Source of the DNA: Elusimicrobiota bacterium
Lineage (GTDB): Bacteria; Elusimicrobiota; Elusimicrobia; UBA1565; UBA9628
DNA length: 64,000 nt
NCBI GenBank assembly: GCA_016209035.1
Contig: JACQWX010000126.1
Span: 16,288-80,287 of the forward strand
Reading direction: 5' to 3'
Shown: positions 25,504 to 35,071 of the stretch, in pieces
Numbering within the stretch: position 1 is the first letter of the stretch
Layout of the letters: each line of letters opens with the position of its first letter
The notes under the pieces: generated by a model
Database searches by the model: none
Told to the model about the DNA's origin: nothing
The model's input: only the letters and a program-made list of their open reading frames with translations
Position numbers and translations under genes: made by a program

Positions 25504-25718
25504 CGCATCACACCCCACGGTTCAAAGGTCGGCGAGCCAGAAAATCGCACTACGGTGGGTAGGTGCCTAACATTCATGCGTTGGGCTGACTGGATGCTCT
25601 CACCAGGGGAAGCGAATACGGCCCCCGGACGGACGACAGAAAAGATACAATGAACGTATCCCCAAGCGATTCCGCCAAACAAATCGGGCAGCCGCTATAG
25701 ACCATTAAGGATGAGAAG

Positions 25719-26458
25719 ATGATATCAGCCAAGACATTGGCGGCAATAAGTTCCAAAACGATCGCCTACTGGAAGGCCGAAGTAAAAAAGCCCGAGATAG
25801 TCGGAATCGCCAAGGGCAAAGAAATCGGCCACAAACTCGCAGCAAGGGCAAAGAAATCGGCCACAAACTCGCAGACCTCGTCGATGAGAAAACGACGGCA
25901 CTGCTCACGGTGGAATTCCTCACGAAACACCAACGGGACTCGCAGGGCCAAAAGCGGTCACGCAGCATGGGCGATTTGTGGTTGCAGGACAGTGGTATTT
26001 ATCATCCGGTCAACGTCAAGACGGGCATCGTTGGCGCAGAAGGCCAGCCAAATCTGGTCTCGTTGAAAAAGGTTTTCAGCGCCATTATGGCGAGGCAGAT
26101 TGACTCCTACTATCTCTTGATTGTCAAAATGGACATTAGCGCCAAAGGAATTGCGCCATCCGTGTGCCTCATTGACATGCTTGACTGGCTAGACTACGTC
26201 ACTTTTGATTCTGGCCCCGGCCAGATGATGCTGAGAGCTGTCAAGTTCTTCGCCGAATTCGATCCGACGAAAGTCAAGACCCTCGACATCAAGAGCAAAG
26301 CGCAGAGACTCATGGAGTTGTACGAGGATGGCGAACGGAGACTCAAGGAGAACCGCGAGAGAGACCTTCAGCACTACCGACATGAGTTTCGTGATTTCCT
26401 CGCGGGCAAGAATTTCCGCGTCACGCCCGAAACTCAAAGGAGCCTCATCCTGCAATGA
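25719..26458 (+). pseudogene. type II restriction endonuclease candidate inactivated by a frameshifting 32-bp tandem duplication (intact length would be 235 aa)
   Basis: the N-terminal reading frame (MISAKTLAAISSKTIAYWKAEVKKPEIVGIAKGKEIGHKLA) continues seamlessly into ORF 25910-26458 (..DLVDEKTTALLTVEFLTKHQRDSQ...) once one 32-bp copy is removed; stop overlaps the start of the adjacent DNA methyltransferase (ATGA); low-G+C island. Confidence 0.55.
25811..25874 (+). repeat. perfect 32-bp tandem duplication (caagggcaaagaaatcggccacaaactcgcag x2)
   Basis: read directly; unit length not divisible by 3, so it frameshifts the restriction endonuclease (REase) gene. Confidence 0.95.
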
Positions 26459-28164
26459 GTGTTGCGAGACTTTCACGAGATCGAAAACGCCAGCTTGGCC
26501 AGTTCCTGACCCCCGATTCCACTGCGGCGGCCATCGCTAGAGACTTGCGAATATTGCCAAGTCACCGGATATTGGAGCCATCATTCGGTGAGGGCTCTTT
26601 TATCTTTCAAGTGATCGATTCCCTCAAAGCCGACATCCCCCGCAATGACATCCATGCATGGTGCAACGCGCATCTTTTCGGCTGCGAAATCGATGCCGAC
26701 GCACATGGGACCTTCAAGGAAACCTGGCAGTCCAGGGGTTTAGGTGGGGTTCCCAACAACTTGGAACACTGCGACTTTTTTGAGTGGCTACCTCCCGGTT
26801 GTGACCGAACAGCCGCCACCAATCGCCAACGATACTTCGCATCTCCCCTGGAGTATTTCGATCTCGTGATAGGCAATCCGCCCTTTGGCGGAAGCATCAA
26901 CCCGGACATCCAAGATGAACTAGATAGCATCTTCGGCTTCCGTGACGGCCGGAAGATCAAGAAGGAAACCTATGCGTTCTTCATTGTTAAGTGCGTCGAC
27001 CTATTGAAGTCGGGCGGGAGACTTGTATTCATTTGCAGCGATACGATTCTTACTATTGCAACCATGACGGGGCTCCGCGCATGGCTTCAGAGCAACTGTA
27101 GCATTCAGATATCAGAGGTTCCGGGGTCCTTCTCAGACACCAATCAAGATATGCTGCTTGTTACGCTTACCAAGCACCCAATCGAACCTCGACAGATCAC
27201 AGTATTTGGAACATGCCTTCCCCTTTCTGAGATTGAAGCGACGCCAAACATGAGTTGGCGTGTCAGCGGCGATTTGGCCAAGTACTTCACCGGGGCAACG
27301 GTCGGGGAGAAGATGGTCGCGACATCCGGCATGACCATCGGCAACAACGAGCTCTTTCTTCGCCCGATCATACAAGGCGAGATTCATGAGCCCTATGCTT
27401 TCTCGTTCACCGCTCGCCCCATTACTGTCCAAAGAGAGATTACCCGCGCACGACTAGGCAAGGTGCCCCCGCGTCGCCTAATAGCTGTCCGAGAACAGGA
27501 GGCGCGTTGTGCCACCGAAAGGGTTGTCGTCTGGGACCGATTGAAAAACCCGCGCCCAGTGAAACTCCCACACGCTGACTACTGCTACTACAACAAGGCC
27601 ACCTCACGGATCATCTACTCAGAACCTGAATGGGTGATCTTCTGGCGCGGCGATGGGGAGTATGTCTACACCTTTAAGAAGACCGGCAATTGGTACCTCC
27701 ATGGCGTTGGTGGCATGAAGTACTTCGGGCGCGAGGGACTCTCATGGTCACTCATCGCGCCTAGGCTCTACGCACGATACCTGCCTCCCGGGTATATCCT
27801 AGACAGTGGAGCGCCATGCGCTTTCTTGCGACAAGGAGTCCCGCAGGATGAGTTATTTTTCATTCTTGGCTGGGCACTTACCGACTTGTGCAACCGCATC
27901 CTTAAAGAAGTGCTGAATCACACACGAAATATCCAGAGCAAGGACTTCGAACGCCTCCCGTATCCCGTCTGGGTTGATGCAGAATCTAAACAGCAAGCCG
28001 TTCTTGCGGTCAGAAGCCTGGTATCGAAAGCAAGGGCAGGACACTCGTTCTCGATGAAGAGCTCGGAGGTTCACGCCCTGAACCTGTTTTATGCATGGCG
28101 GGATTGTCGGGTGGCGGTTGTTGCCAAGAAGAAGAACGCCCCCATTCAAATTCCACTCTTCTGA
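26455..28164 (+). CDS. N6-adenine-specific DNA methyltransferase, gamma-class (motif order X, I, IV), 569 aa
   Basis: LGQFLTPDSTAAAIA (motif X), ILEPSFGEGSFIFQ (motif I, FxGxG), DLVIGNPPFGGSI (motif IV, NPPF); large C-terminal target-recognition region. Confidence 0.85.
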   Translation: MSVARLSRDRKRQLGQFLTPDSTAAAIARDLRILPSHRILEPSFGEGSFIFQVIDSLKADIPRNDIHAWCNAHLFGCEIDADAHGTFKETWQSRGLGGVPNNLEHCDFFEWLPPGCDRTAATNRQRYFASPLEYFDLVIGNPPFGGSINPDIQDELDSIFGFRDGRKIKKETYAFFIVKCVDLLKSGGRLVFICSDTILTIATMTGLRAWLQSNCSIQISEVPGSFSDTNQDMLLVTLTKHPIEPRQITVFGTCLPLSEIEATPNMSWRVSGDLAKYFTGATVGEKMVATSGMTIGNNELFLRPIIQGEIHEPYAFSFTARPITVQREITRARLGKVPPRRLIAVREQEARCATERVVVWDRLKNPRPVKLPHADYCYYNKATSRIIYSEPEWVIFWRGDGEYVYTFKKTGNWYLHGVGGMKYFGREGLSWSLIAPRLYARYLPPGYILDSGAPCAFLRQGVPQDELFFILGWALTDLCNRILKEVLNHTRNIQSKDFERLPYPVWVDAESKQQAVLAVRSLVSKARAGHSFSMKSSEVHALNLFYAWRDCRVAVVAKKKNAPIQIPLF

Positions 28165-28367
28165 TGCGCAGTAAAAGAGTTGAGGCACTTCTCGAAGCAG
28201 CGGCCAGGATCAGGGAATTCTGTAACGCGCGTGGCTACGATTTCCAGGGGCGTCTACTCGTAAGGCGACAGAATCGCAGTCTAAAAGTCATCGCGCCTGA
28301 ACTTATTGACCTTTGCATAACTAATGGAAGGATGGCTCATCGTTTCCATGGGAGATCGGAAGCATAG
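28164..28367 (+). CDS. small hypothetical protein (67 aa) translationally coupled to the MTase (TGATG overlap)
   Basis: MRSKRVEALLEAAARIREFCNARGYDFQGRLLVRRQNRSLKVIAPELIDLCITNGRMAHRFHGRSEA; no recognisable domain. Confidence 0.35.
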   Translation: MRSKRVEALLEAAARIREFCNARGYDFQGRLLVRRQNRSLKVIAPELIDLCITNGRMAHRFHGRSEA

Positions 28368-28580
28368 ATGCAGGACCATAGCAGCTTCTGGGATTGTCGG
28401 ATTCGCTGGAGCGGGCGATGAATGCGGCTCTTGAGGTCGCAGAGGTCCTTGGGCGAGCTGTTGGCCAGCGGCCCTTTGACCAGCTTCCAGACCCACTTTC
28501 AAAACGGCTTCCATAAATACTACATTAGCCCCCTCAATGCTCGCCTCCCCGCGGGGGAGGCTCGCGACAAGGCTTGCGAC

Positions 28581-29612
28581 ATGAAAGCCGCCATCATCAA
28601 GCGATTCGGAGGGCCGGAGAACATCGAGCTCGCCGACCTCCCAACGCCGACGCCTGGACCGGGAGAAGTCCTGGTGCGCGTGCGGGCAACCGCCTTGAAC
28701 CACCTGGACGTCTGGGTGCGCAACGGCATCCCAGCCTACAAGATCTCCCTTCCCCATGTCTTGGGCTCGGACGTGGCCGGCGAAGTCGAAGCCCTGGGAC
28801 CGCTCGTCAAGAGCGTGCGCGTCGGGTCCAGGGTGAGCGTGGCGCCCGGGCGTTCCTGCTGGGGCTGCGAGTACTGCCTCGGGGGCCGCGACAACTACTG
28901 CGCCGAGTACGGCATCATCGGCGCCCACGGAGGGCCCGGGGGCTACGCCGAGTACCTCTGCGTCCCGCAGATGTACCTCCTTCCGGCGCCGGACTCCATG
29001 AGCTTCGAGGAGGCCGCGGCCTATCCGCTCACCATGTTGAGCGCCTGGCACATGCTGGTGGAGCTCGGGCGGGTAGGCGCGGGGCAGGTCGTGGTCGTGA
29101 TGGGCGCAGGCGCCGGGATGGGCGCGGCCGCCATCCAGGTCGCCAAGTTCGCCGGCGCCCGCGTGATCGCGGTCTCCACTTCACCGGACAAGCTGGAGAA
29201 GGCGAAAGCCCTCGGCGCGGACGACGCCGTGGCCTGCCCTCCCGGCGACATAGTGCGGCAGGTGGCGGCGTTCACCGGCGGAGCCATGGCCGACATCGTG
29301 GTCGAGCATGTCGGCCCCGCGGTGTTCGAGAGCGCCCTCAGGGCCTTGAAGCGCGGGGGCAGGCTCGTGACCTGCGGGGCGACCACCGGTCCGACCGTCA
29401 GCCTCGACCTGCGCCTTGTCTTCAGCCGCCAGCTCCATATCCGGGGCTCCTACATGGGCTCTCTGCGGGCCATGCGGCTGGTTTCGCGCCTCGTGGGCGA
29501 GGGGAGACTCCGGCCCGTCATCGACAGGACCTTCCCGCTCTCGCAAGCCCGTGCCGCGCACGAATACCTGGAGTCCCGCAAGCAGTTCGGGAAGGTCGTC
29601 CTCAAGGTTTGA
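28581..29612 (+). CDS. zinc-type alcohol dehydrogenase / quinone oxidoreductase (MDR superfamily)
   Basis: MKAAIIKRFGGPENIELADLPTPTPGPGEVLVRVRATALNHLDVWVRNG; Rossmann motif VVVMGAGAGMGAAAIQVAKFAGARVIAV; the real start is the internal Met of ORF 28422-29612. Confidence 0.85.
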   Translation: MKAAIIKRFGGPENIELADLPTPTPGPGEVLVRVRATALNHLDVWVRNGIPAYKISLPHVLGSDVAGEVEALGPLVKSVRVGSRVSVAPGRSCWGCEYCLGGRDNYCAEYGIIGAHGGPGGYAEYLCVPQMYLLPAPDSMSFEEAAAYPLTMLSAWHMLVELGRVGAGQVVVVMGAGAGMGAAAIQVAKFAGARVIAVSTSPDKLEKAKALGADDAVACPPGDIVRQVAAFTGGAMADIVVEHVGPAVFESALRALKRGGRLVTCGATTGPTVSLDLRLVFSRQLHIRGSYMGSLRAMRLVSRLVGEGRLRPVIDRTFPLSQARAAHEYLESRKQFGKVVLKV

Positions 29613-31276
29613 CCAGAACGGTCGTCCTCGTCGCGGCGCTGGCCGCGCCCCTGTGCTTCCTCCCGCATCCGCTCTGGGAGGTCGACGACGCGCGCTACGC
29701 CGAGGTGCCCCGGGCCATGGCGGCCTCCGGCGACTGGGCCACCCCGCGCCTCAACGGGCTCGACTACGTGGAGAAGCCCCCCTTGGGGTACTGGCTGACG
29801 GCTCTCTCCTACGAGGCCTTCGGCGTGTCCGAGGCGAGCGCGAGGCTCCCCCTGGCGCTCCTCTCGCTCATGGCCGTCGCAGGGGTGTGGTGGCTGGGCT
29901 CGTGGCTCCTCCCCGGCCTCGGCCAGACGGCCGCCTTGATGTTCTCCACCTGCGCCGGCACGCTCGCGCTCTCCCACGCCGTCACGCCCGACGTCCCGCT
30001 GACGGCCTTCCTCGTCTGGTGCACGGCGCTCATCCTCAGGACGCTCGCTCATCCGGAGGACGGAAGGTGGGCCGGGCCGCTGGCCTGGGTCTTCGCCGCG
30101 CTGGCCTTCCTCAGCAAGGGGCTCGTCGCCCTCATGTTCCCGGCGCTCTGGTCCGCGGCCCTCCTGGCCCTGTTCCCGTCCCTGCGCAGGGGATGGCGCG
30201 GCCTGGCCTTCCCTGTCGGACCGCTCGGCTTCCTGCTCATCGCCGCGCCGTGGTTCCTGTGCATGGAGGACCGCCATCCCGGGTTCCTGCGCTTCTTCTT
30301 CATCGAGCAGCATCTCCAGCGCTTCCTCACCCCCAAGTACAATCGGCCCGGGCCGTGGTTCTTCTTCCTCCCGGTGGCCGCGGCCGGGCTCCTGCCGTGG
30401 ACCCACCTCGTCCTGGCTGGCTTGGGCCGCGCCTGGCGCGAGCGGCGCCGCGGCGAGGCCCAAGCCCCGGCCCTGGCCCTGTGGTCCCTGGGGGTCATCC
30501 TCTTCTTCTCGGTCTCCAGGTCGAAGCTCTCGACCTACATCCTGCCCGCCTTCCCGCATCTGTGCCTGCTGGGGGCGCTGGCCGCGGAGCGGCCGGCGCC
30601 CCGATGGGCCAGGTGGTTCGCGGGAGGATGCGCCGTCCTCCTGCTGACCTGCGCCGCCGCCGTCCTGACCCCGCCGGTCAGGGCGCTCGCGCCCCTCCCC
30701 GCGGCGGCCTGGACCGCGGCCGCGTTGTCCCTGGCGCTGTTGGGCCTAGGGCAACTCGCAGCCCTGCGTCCGCGATTGAGCCTGCTCGGTCCGGCGGCCG
30801 GCGCGTTGCTCGCGCTGGCCGCCGCGATGGGAGGGTTCCGCGCGGCCGAACCCTTCGTGAGCGCCCGCCCGGTCGGCCTCGCCCTGGCGGCCCGGGCCGC
30901 CCCGCAAGACCTAGTCTACTGCTACGGCACCTACCTCCACGGCCTGCCCTTCTACTCAGGCAGGCCCGTGGACCGCATGATCTACTGGGTGGGCGAGCTC
31001 CACTACGCCCAGCGCGACCCCGCCAACGCTGACCGGTTCGGGGACGACAACGCCATCCGGGCCCTGCCCCTGCGCGGGAGGGCCGTGTTCGTCGCCCTGC
31101 GCCGCTCGGAGGCGGAGTACTTCAGGACGCTGGTGAAGCCCGAGCACATCAGGAGCTTCGAGACCTACGGGAGGTGGGTCCTGGCGGAAGTAGGATACGC
31201 GCCGAGCGCGGGCTATGGGCCCTGGATCGTGACGCGGGTGCGCTTGCGGTCGAGCGCGGCGGCCGTGATCCGGTAG
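29609..31276 (+). CDS. GT39/GT83-family glycosyltransferase (ArnT / dolichyl-phosphate-mannose protein mannosyltransferase-like), TTG start overlapping the ADH stop (TTGA)
   Basis: N-terminal signature WEVDDARYAEVPRAMAASGDWATPRLNGLDYVEKPPLGYWL; about 12 predicted TM segments. Confidence 0.75.
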   Translation: MTRTVVLVAALAAPLCFLPHPLWEVDDARYAEVPRAMAASGDWATPRLNGLDYVEKPPLGYWLTALSYEAFGVSEASARLPLALLSLMAVAGVWWLGSWLLPGLGQTAALMFSTCAGTLALSHAVTPDVPLTAFLVWCTALILRTLAHPEDGRWAGPLAWVFAALAFLSKGLVALMFPALWSAALLALFPSLRRGWRGLAFPVGPLGFLLIAAPWFLCMEDRHPGFLRFFFIEQHLQRFLTPKYNRPGPWFFFLPVAAAGLLPWTHLVLAGLGRAWRERRRGEAQAPALALWSLGVILFFSVSRSKLSTYILPAFPHLCLLGALAAERPAPRWARWFAGGCAVLLLTCAAAVLTPPVRALAPLPAAAWTAAALSLALLGLGQLAALRPRLSLLGPAAGALLALAAAMGGFRAAEPFVSARPVGLALAARAAPQDLVYCYGTYLHGLPFYSGRPVDRMIYWVGELHYAQRDPANADRFGDDNAIRALPLRGRAVFVALRRSEAEYFRTLVKPEHIRSFETYGRWVLAEVGYAPSAGYGPWIVTRVRLRSSAAAVIR

Positions 31277-31341
31277 CCCCTGTTGCCGGCCCGTATCTGG
31301 AAGAGGTTGGGGTCGTAGAGCTCGAGCATCGCGCCCTTGAA

Positions 31342-32088
31342 CTACTCCACGTCGCCGCTCGTCTGGGCGATCTCGCTCAAGGACGCGGTGTAGGCGCCGT
31401 TCTCCGCCTTGAACTTCTCCTCGATCTGCGCGAAGATCCTCAGGCCTTCCCGCGCCTTGGCCACGGCCTTGAAGTCGTTCGGGGTGGGCTGGCTCAGGAC
31501 GAACGCCGTGGAGACCCCCAGCATCCCGAGGATGAGGCACACGGAGCCCAGGAACACGACCAAGGATTCGGCGGGGCTCCTGGCCCGACCTTCTTCCGTC
31601 ACCAGAGTCCCGGAGAGGAGGTCGTGGAAGGCCCGCGACTCCGGATGGAAGAGGGCGATGACGCACCCCAGGTTGCACAACGGCATGCTGAGGAACCAGG
31701 CGAAGGCTCGCAGGGCGCTCCGGCCGAGGCCCAGCCTGCGGCCCTCGCGGTCCACCACGGCTAGGCCCATGATCTTCTTGCCGACCGTCCCGCCCGCGAG
31801 GTTGCCCACGAGCTGGTAGGCCCAGCACAGGCCGATCCAGACTCCGCCGAGCAGGAGGGGGAAGGCCGGGTTGGACGCCAGGTCCTGGAAGCGCATGAAC
31901 AGCAGGACCATGCACACGTAGTAGCCTGCCGCGAACGGGAAGGAATCGATCACATAGGCGATGAACCGGTCGCTGAACTTCGCGGGCCGGATCTCGGCCC
32001 GGGCCATGCCCAAGGGGGGCTGACCCGAAGAAGCGGGGCCTGAAGTCGGCGGTCCTGCGAAATCAGACGGAAGGTTGAGTTCAGTCAT
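31342..32088 (-). CDS. RDD-family membrane protein with C-terminal soluble extension (248 aa)
   Basis: RDD core RPAKFSDRFIAYVIDSFPF...GGTVGKKIMGLAVVDREG; convergent with the GT39 gene. Confidence 0.7.
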   Translation of the reverse strand: MTELNLPSDFAGPPTSGPASSGQPPLGMARAEIRPAKFSDRFIAYVIDSFPFAAGYYVCMVLLFMRFQDLASNPAFPLLLGGVWIGLCWAYQLVGNLAGGTVGKKIMGLAVVDREGRRLGLGRSALRAFAWFLSMPLCNLGCVIALFHPESRAFHDLLSGTLVTEEGRARSPAESLVVFLGSVCLILGMLGVSTAFVLSQPTPNDFKAVAKAREGLRIFAQIEEKFKAENGAYTASLSEIAQTSGDVE

Positions 32089-32100
32089 CTCATCAGGTCC

Positions 32101-32152
32101 AGGCGCCAGGCTTCTAGCTCGACGACTTGCTTAGGCCAAGCCTGGCACCTAG
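32101..32152 (+). repeat. intergenic hairpin element family C copy 2, 13 nt upstream of the RDD gene start (on its 5' side)
   Basis: aggcgccaggcttctagctcgacgacttgcttaggccaagcctggcacct; the arms are identical to copy 1 (11257-11306). Confidence 0.7.
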
Positions 32153-32909
32153 TATAGAAGGTCGCGGACGGGGAATCAAGTCCGGCCCGGGCCTTGTCAA
32201 GGCCCGGGCCTCACCCACTTTTCCATGAAGACCGCCGGGCCAGCCTGTCTGCTCTAAATCTTGCGCAAGGATGCAGGCTGTCCCTTGAGTTATGCCCCGA
32301 AAGTGGGCGCCGTCTCGCCCGGGAAAGGGAAATGCCTGGTGTCCGACTTCGCAAGCTTTCCCGTTGCGCCGAGGAAAGACCTGCGGGGAGGACCAAGCAC
32401 GTTGCACGTGCCGCGTCGCCGGGATGGAGATCGCCCCCCTGGACGCGTCGAACTGCGGGCCGGAGAGCAGGGCAGGGTCCCATCCGTCCCTCGGGTCCTC
32501 GGTGCCAGCGGGTCATGCCCAGGCTGCAAGATCATTCGGAACTCCAGACAAATAAACCATTGCGATGATTGCGTTTTCTCATTTCTTATGATGGCGCCAT
32601 CATGAAAGATGAAGAACCGTCGGTGTCTCATGCAGAATTTGCGACGAAGGTCCGGATCGCGATAGCATGCACAGGCTCGCGTCTCAATCACCCTGCCGCG
32701 GCCGGGGACCTGTGGCCGCCTCGTCCGTGAAAGCAGGTCGCAATGCCAGATGGAGGCCCGCTGGCCCTGCCCCAAGCCACCCGGTCGAAAACTGGGTGAG
32801 GTCGAGCGGCCCGGGCCCAGCCCGCGATAGGCCACTTGACGCCGCCTCACTAGCCCATTGGGCCCACACGGCTCGATGGCGGCGTCCGATATAATAGGTA
32901 GCGCTAAGC

Positions 32910-35069
32910 ATGAAGACCATCTCCGTCTCCTTGTCCCTCGCCCTCGTCCTGATCAGCCCGGGCTGGCTGCCCTACCAGGCCTTCGGCCAAGTGGTCCAGA
33001 TCTCGGTTCAGATTCCGACCTCCAACCCCGGCATCGTGCCCGTGACCGGCCGCGGTCTCTCCCTGGCCGCGCCGTCCTCCTCCCTGCGCTCCGCAGACAT
33101 CAAGGCAGGCACGGTCCTTCCGGACTTGGGCTCGGCCCTCCCCGTGGTCAGCCAGGACCTGGAGGTCCCTGGAGGGCTCTCCGGCTCGGTCTTGGCCGCT
33201 CCCGACGCCTACGATGTCGCGGTCCCGTTGGCCGAAACGCCCCAGCAGGCCGTCGCCGTCGCGCCCGTCTCTTCGCCCCTCACCCAAGCGACCCCCACCG
33301 TCCTGTCCGAGGCTGGGCCGTCCGCGGTGCCGCAGGCCAAGACGGATGCCTTGGCCGAAGGCGTGCTGGCGGGTGCGCCCCAGGGCCAGATCGCCTCGGC
33401 CGCCAAGTCCAAGGGCTTGGCCAGGCACTTCAAGGCCCTTTGGAGCCTGTTCTCAGGACGCAAGGTCGAAGCGCTCCCGACGGACGGCTCCCAGGTCGAC
33501 GCCTCCAGGGGCGAAGCTTCCCCGGAGAGCGCGGCCTACCGCCTCGCCAGCCCGTCGCAGGCCCCTCCGGAAGAGGAGAAGGCATCCGCGCTGGAGACCC
33601 CGCTGGTGCCTGCCGTGCCCCTGCCCGGGAGCGCGGTCGAGGCTCCCAAGCAGGACGCTCCGAAGGCATCGAGCTGGCTGGGTCTGGGCAAGGTCGCGGT
33701 CTTCTTCATCCTGGCGCTCATCTTCGGGCAGATCGGCATCGAGGCCTTGGGAGCGGCGCTCCCGGCCTTGATCGAGAAGTCCTTCGGCGACGTCACCAAG
33801 ATGGCCGAGATCACCATCTTCGCCTCGGCCACCAACATCATCGGCCGCACCATCGGCACCATCGCGGTCCGGCGCTTCGGGCTCAAGAAGACGTACCTGG
33901 GCGCCACGGCCCTGCGGGTCCTCTCCGTCTCGGGCCTGGCCGCGCTCCTGGCCACGGGCACCATGACCTGGCCCCTCATGATCGCCTTCTACTCCCTCAA
34001 CGGGTTCCTGGGCGGCATCGCCATGACCGCCGAGTTCAGCATCCCGCCCGCCATCTACGGCTCGGACCAGGTCAAGCTCGAGAAGTTCTGGACCTGGCAG
34101 CAGACCCTGCTCGAGATCGTCGGCGTGACCGGCCCGATCGCCACGGGCGCGGTGGTGGCGAGCATGGGCTTCCTGCCCGCCCTCGTCGCCTTCCCGATCA
34201 GCTTCGTGGTCGCGCTGGCCATCATGTTCTTCACCCTGAAGATCCCCGCCAAGGTCGCGGCCATGAAGCTGGCCGACGCCCAGGCGAAGGCGTCGGGCAA
34301 TAAGGACGCTCCCCAAGGCGTCGGCGGCGCTTTCAAGGAGTTCTTCGGCAAGATGGCGCGCGGCGCCCGCGTCGTCTGGAACGACCCGCTCCTGCGGGCC
34401 GCCTTCCTCGCCTTCACCGCGTTCATGATCCTCAACCCCATGCTCTACACCATGATGGCGCCCGGCTTCGGGATGAGGCTGCTGGGACCGGCCAACGAGA
34501 ACCTCTACACCAGCGTCATCGGCATGCTGACCGGGCTCTACAGCCTGGGCGGGCTCCTGGGCGGCTTCATGATGATGGCCGAGCAGAAGAAGATCGGCCG
34601 TCTCCCCATCAGCGACGCAGACGAGCGCGAGCTCCTGAGGCGCTCCATGCTCCGGTGGATGAAGTGGGGGACCGTGGGCCTGGCGGCCATCGCGACCATG
34701 GCCTTCCCGGTCCCCATGCTGGGCGCGCTGGTGGCCCTGCCGTCGTGGCTGGCCTGGCTCGGAGCCCTGACCCTTCCGGCCGTGGCCCTCATCCCCTTCG
34801 GCATCGCGCAGGTGGTGAGCACCGTCAAGCTCAAGAGCTACTTCCAGTCCAAGACCCGGGCCGAGGACATGACCGACGCCATGGGCTTCTTCGGCTCGGC
34901 CTCGCTGGCCGTCTCGACCGCGGCCATCCTGGCGCTCAAGTTCCTCTTCAAGGGATTCGCGGGCTTCACCCCGTTCGTGGTCATCGCGGCCGCGATGATC
35001 CCGCTGGCGGTCTACTACCTCTACCTGACCCGCAGGCTCGACAAGCTCTCGGCGACGGACAAGAGGTAG
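32910..35069 (+). CDS. MFS transporter with signal peptide and a roughly 250-aa low-complexity (P/A/S-rich) N-terminal extracytoplasmic extension (719 aa)
   Basis: signal peptide MKTISVSLSLALVLISPGWLPYQAFG; 12-TM MFS-like core from about residue 255; putative -10 TATAAT at 32893-32898. Confidence 0.7.
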   Translation: MKTISVSLSLALVLISPGWLPYQAFGQVVQISVQIPTSNPGIVPVTGRGLSLAAPSSSLRSADIKAGTVLPDLGSALPVVSQDLEVPGGLSGSVLAAPDAYDVAVPLAETPQQAVAVAPVSSPLTQATPTVLSEAGPSAVPQAKTDALAEGVLAGAPQGQIASAAKSKGLARHFKALWSLFSGRKVEALPTDGSQVDASRGEASPESAAYRLASPSQAPPEEEKASALETPLVPAVPLPGSAVEAPKQDAPKASSWLGLGKVAVFFILALIFGQIGIEALGAALPALIEKSFGDVTKMAEITIFASATNIIGRTIGTIAVRRFGLKKTYLGATALRVLSVSGLAALLATGTMTWPLMIAFYSLNGFLGGIAMTAEFSIPPAIYGSDQVKLEKFWTWQQTLLEIVGVTGPIATGAVVASMGFLPALVAFPISFVVALAIMFFTLKIPAKVAAMKLADAQAKASGNKDAPQGVGGAFKEFFGKMARGARVVWNDPLLRAAFLAFTAFMILNPMLYTMMAPGFGMRLLGPANENLYTSVIGMLTGLYSLGGLLGGFMMMAEQKKIGRLPISDADERELLRRSMLRWMKWGTVGLAAIATMAFPVPMLGALVALPSWLAWLGALTLPAVALIPFGIAQVVSTVKLKSYFQSKTRAEDMTDAMGFFGSASLAVSTAAILALKFLFKGFAGFTPFVVIAAAMIPLAVYYLYLTRRLDKLSATDKR

Positions 35070-35071
35070 AG

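Noticed and set aside
28422-28580. N-terminal extension of the ADH ORF (start at 28422)
   Set aside because: No similarity in the first 53 codons. The canonical MDR N-terminus begins at the Met at 28581 (MKAAIIKRFG).
31276-31345. Apparent stop-codon readthrough of the RDD gene (sequence after TAG reads FKGAMLELYDPNLFQIRAGNRGY)
   Set aside because: The downstream stretch is the antisense of the GT39 gene 3' end; coincidental.
32160-32560. Possible RNase P RNA, tmRNA or SRP RNA in the gene-poor region (AAGTCCGG motif at about 32175)
   Set aside because: Only a single short match to the RNase P CR-I box. No P4 partner, no tmRNA tag/TΨC end, no SRP AGGUCCGGAAGGAAGCAGC motif.
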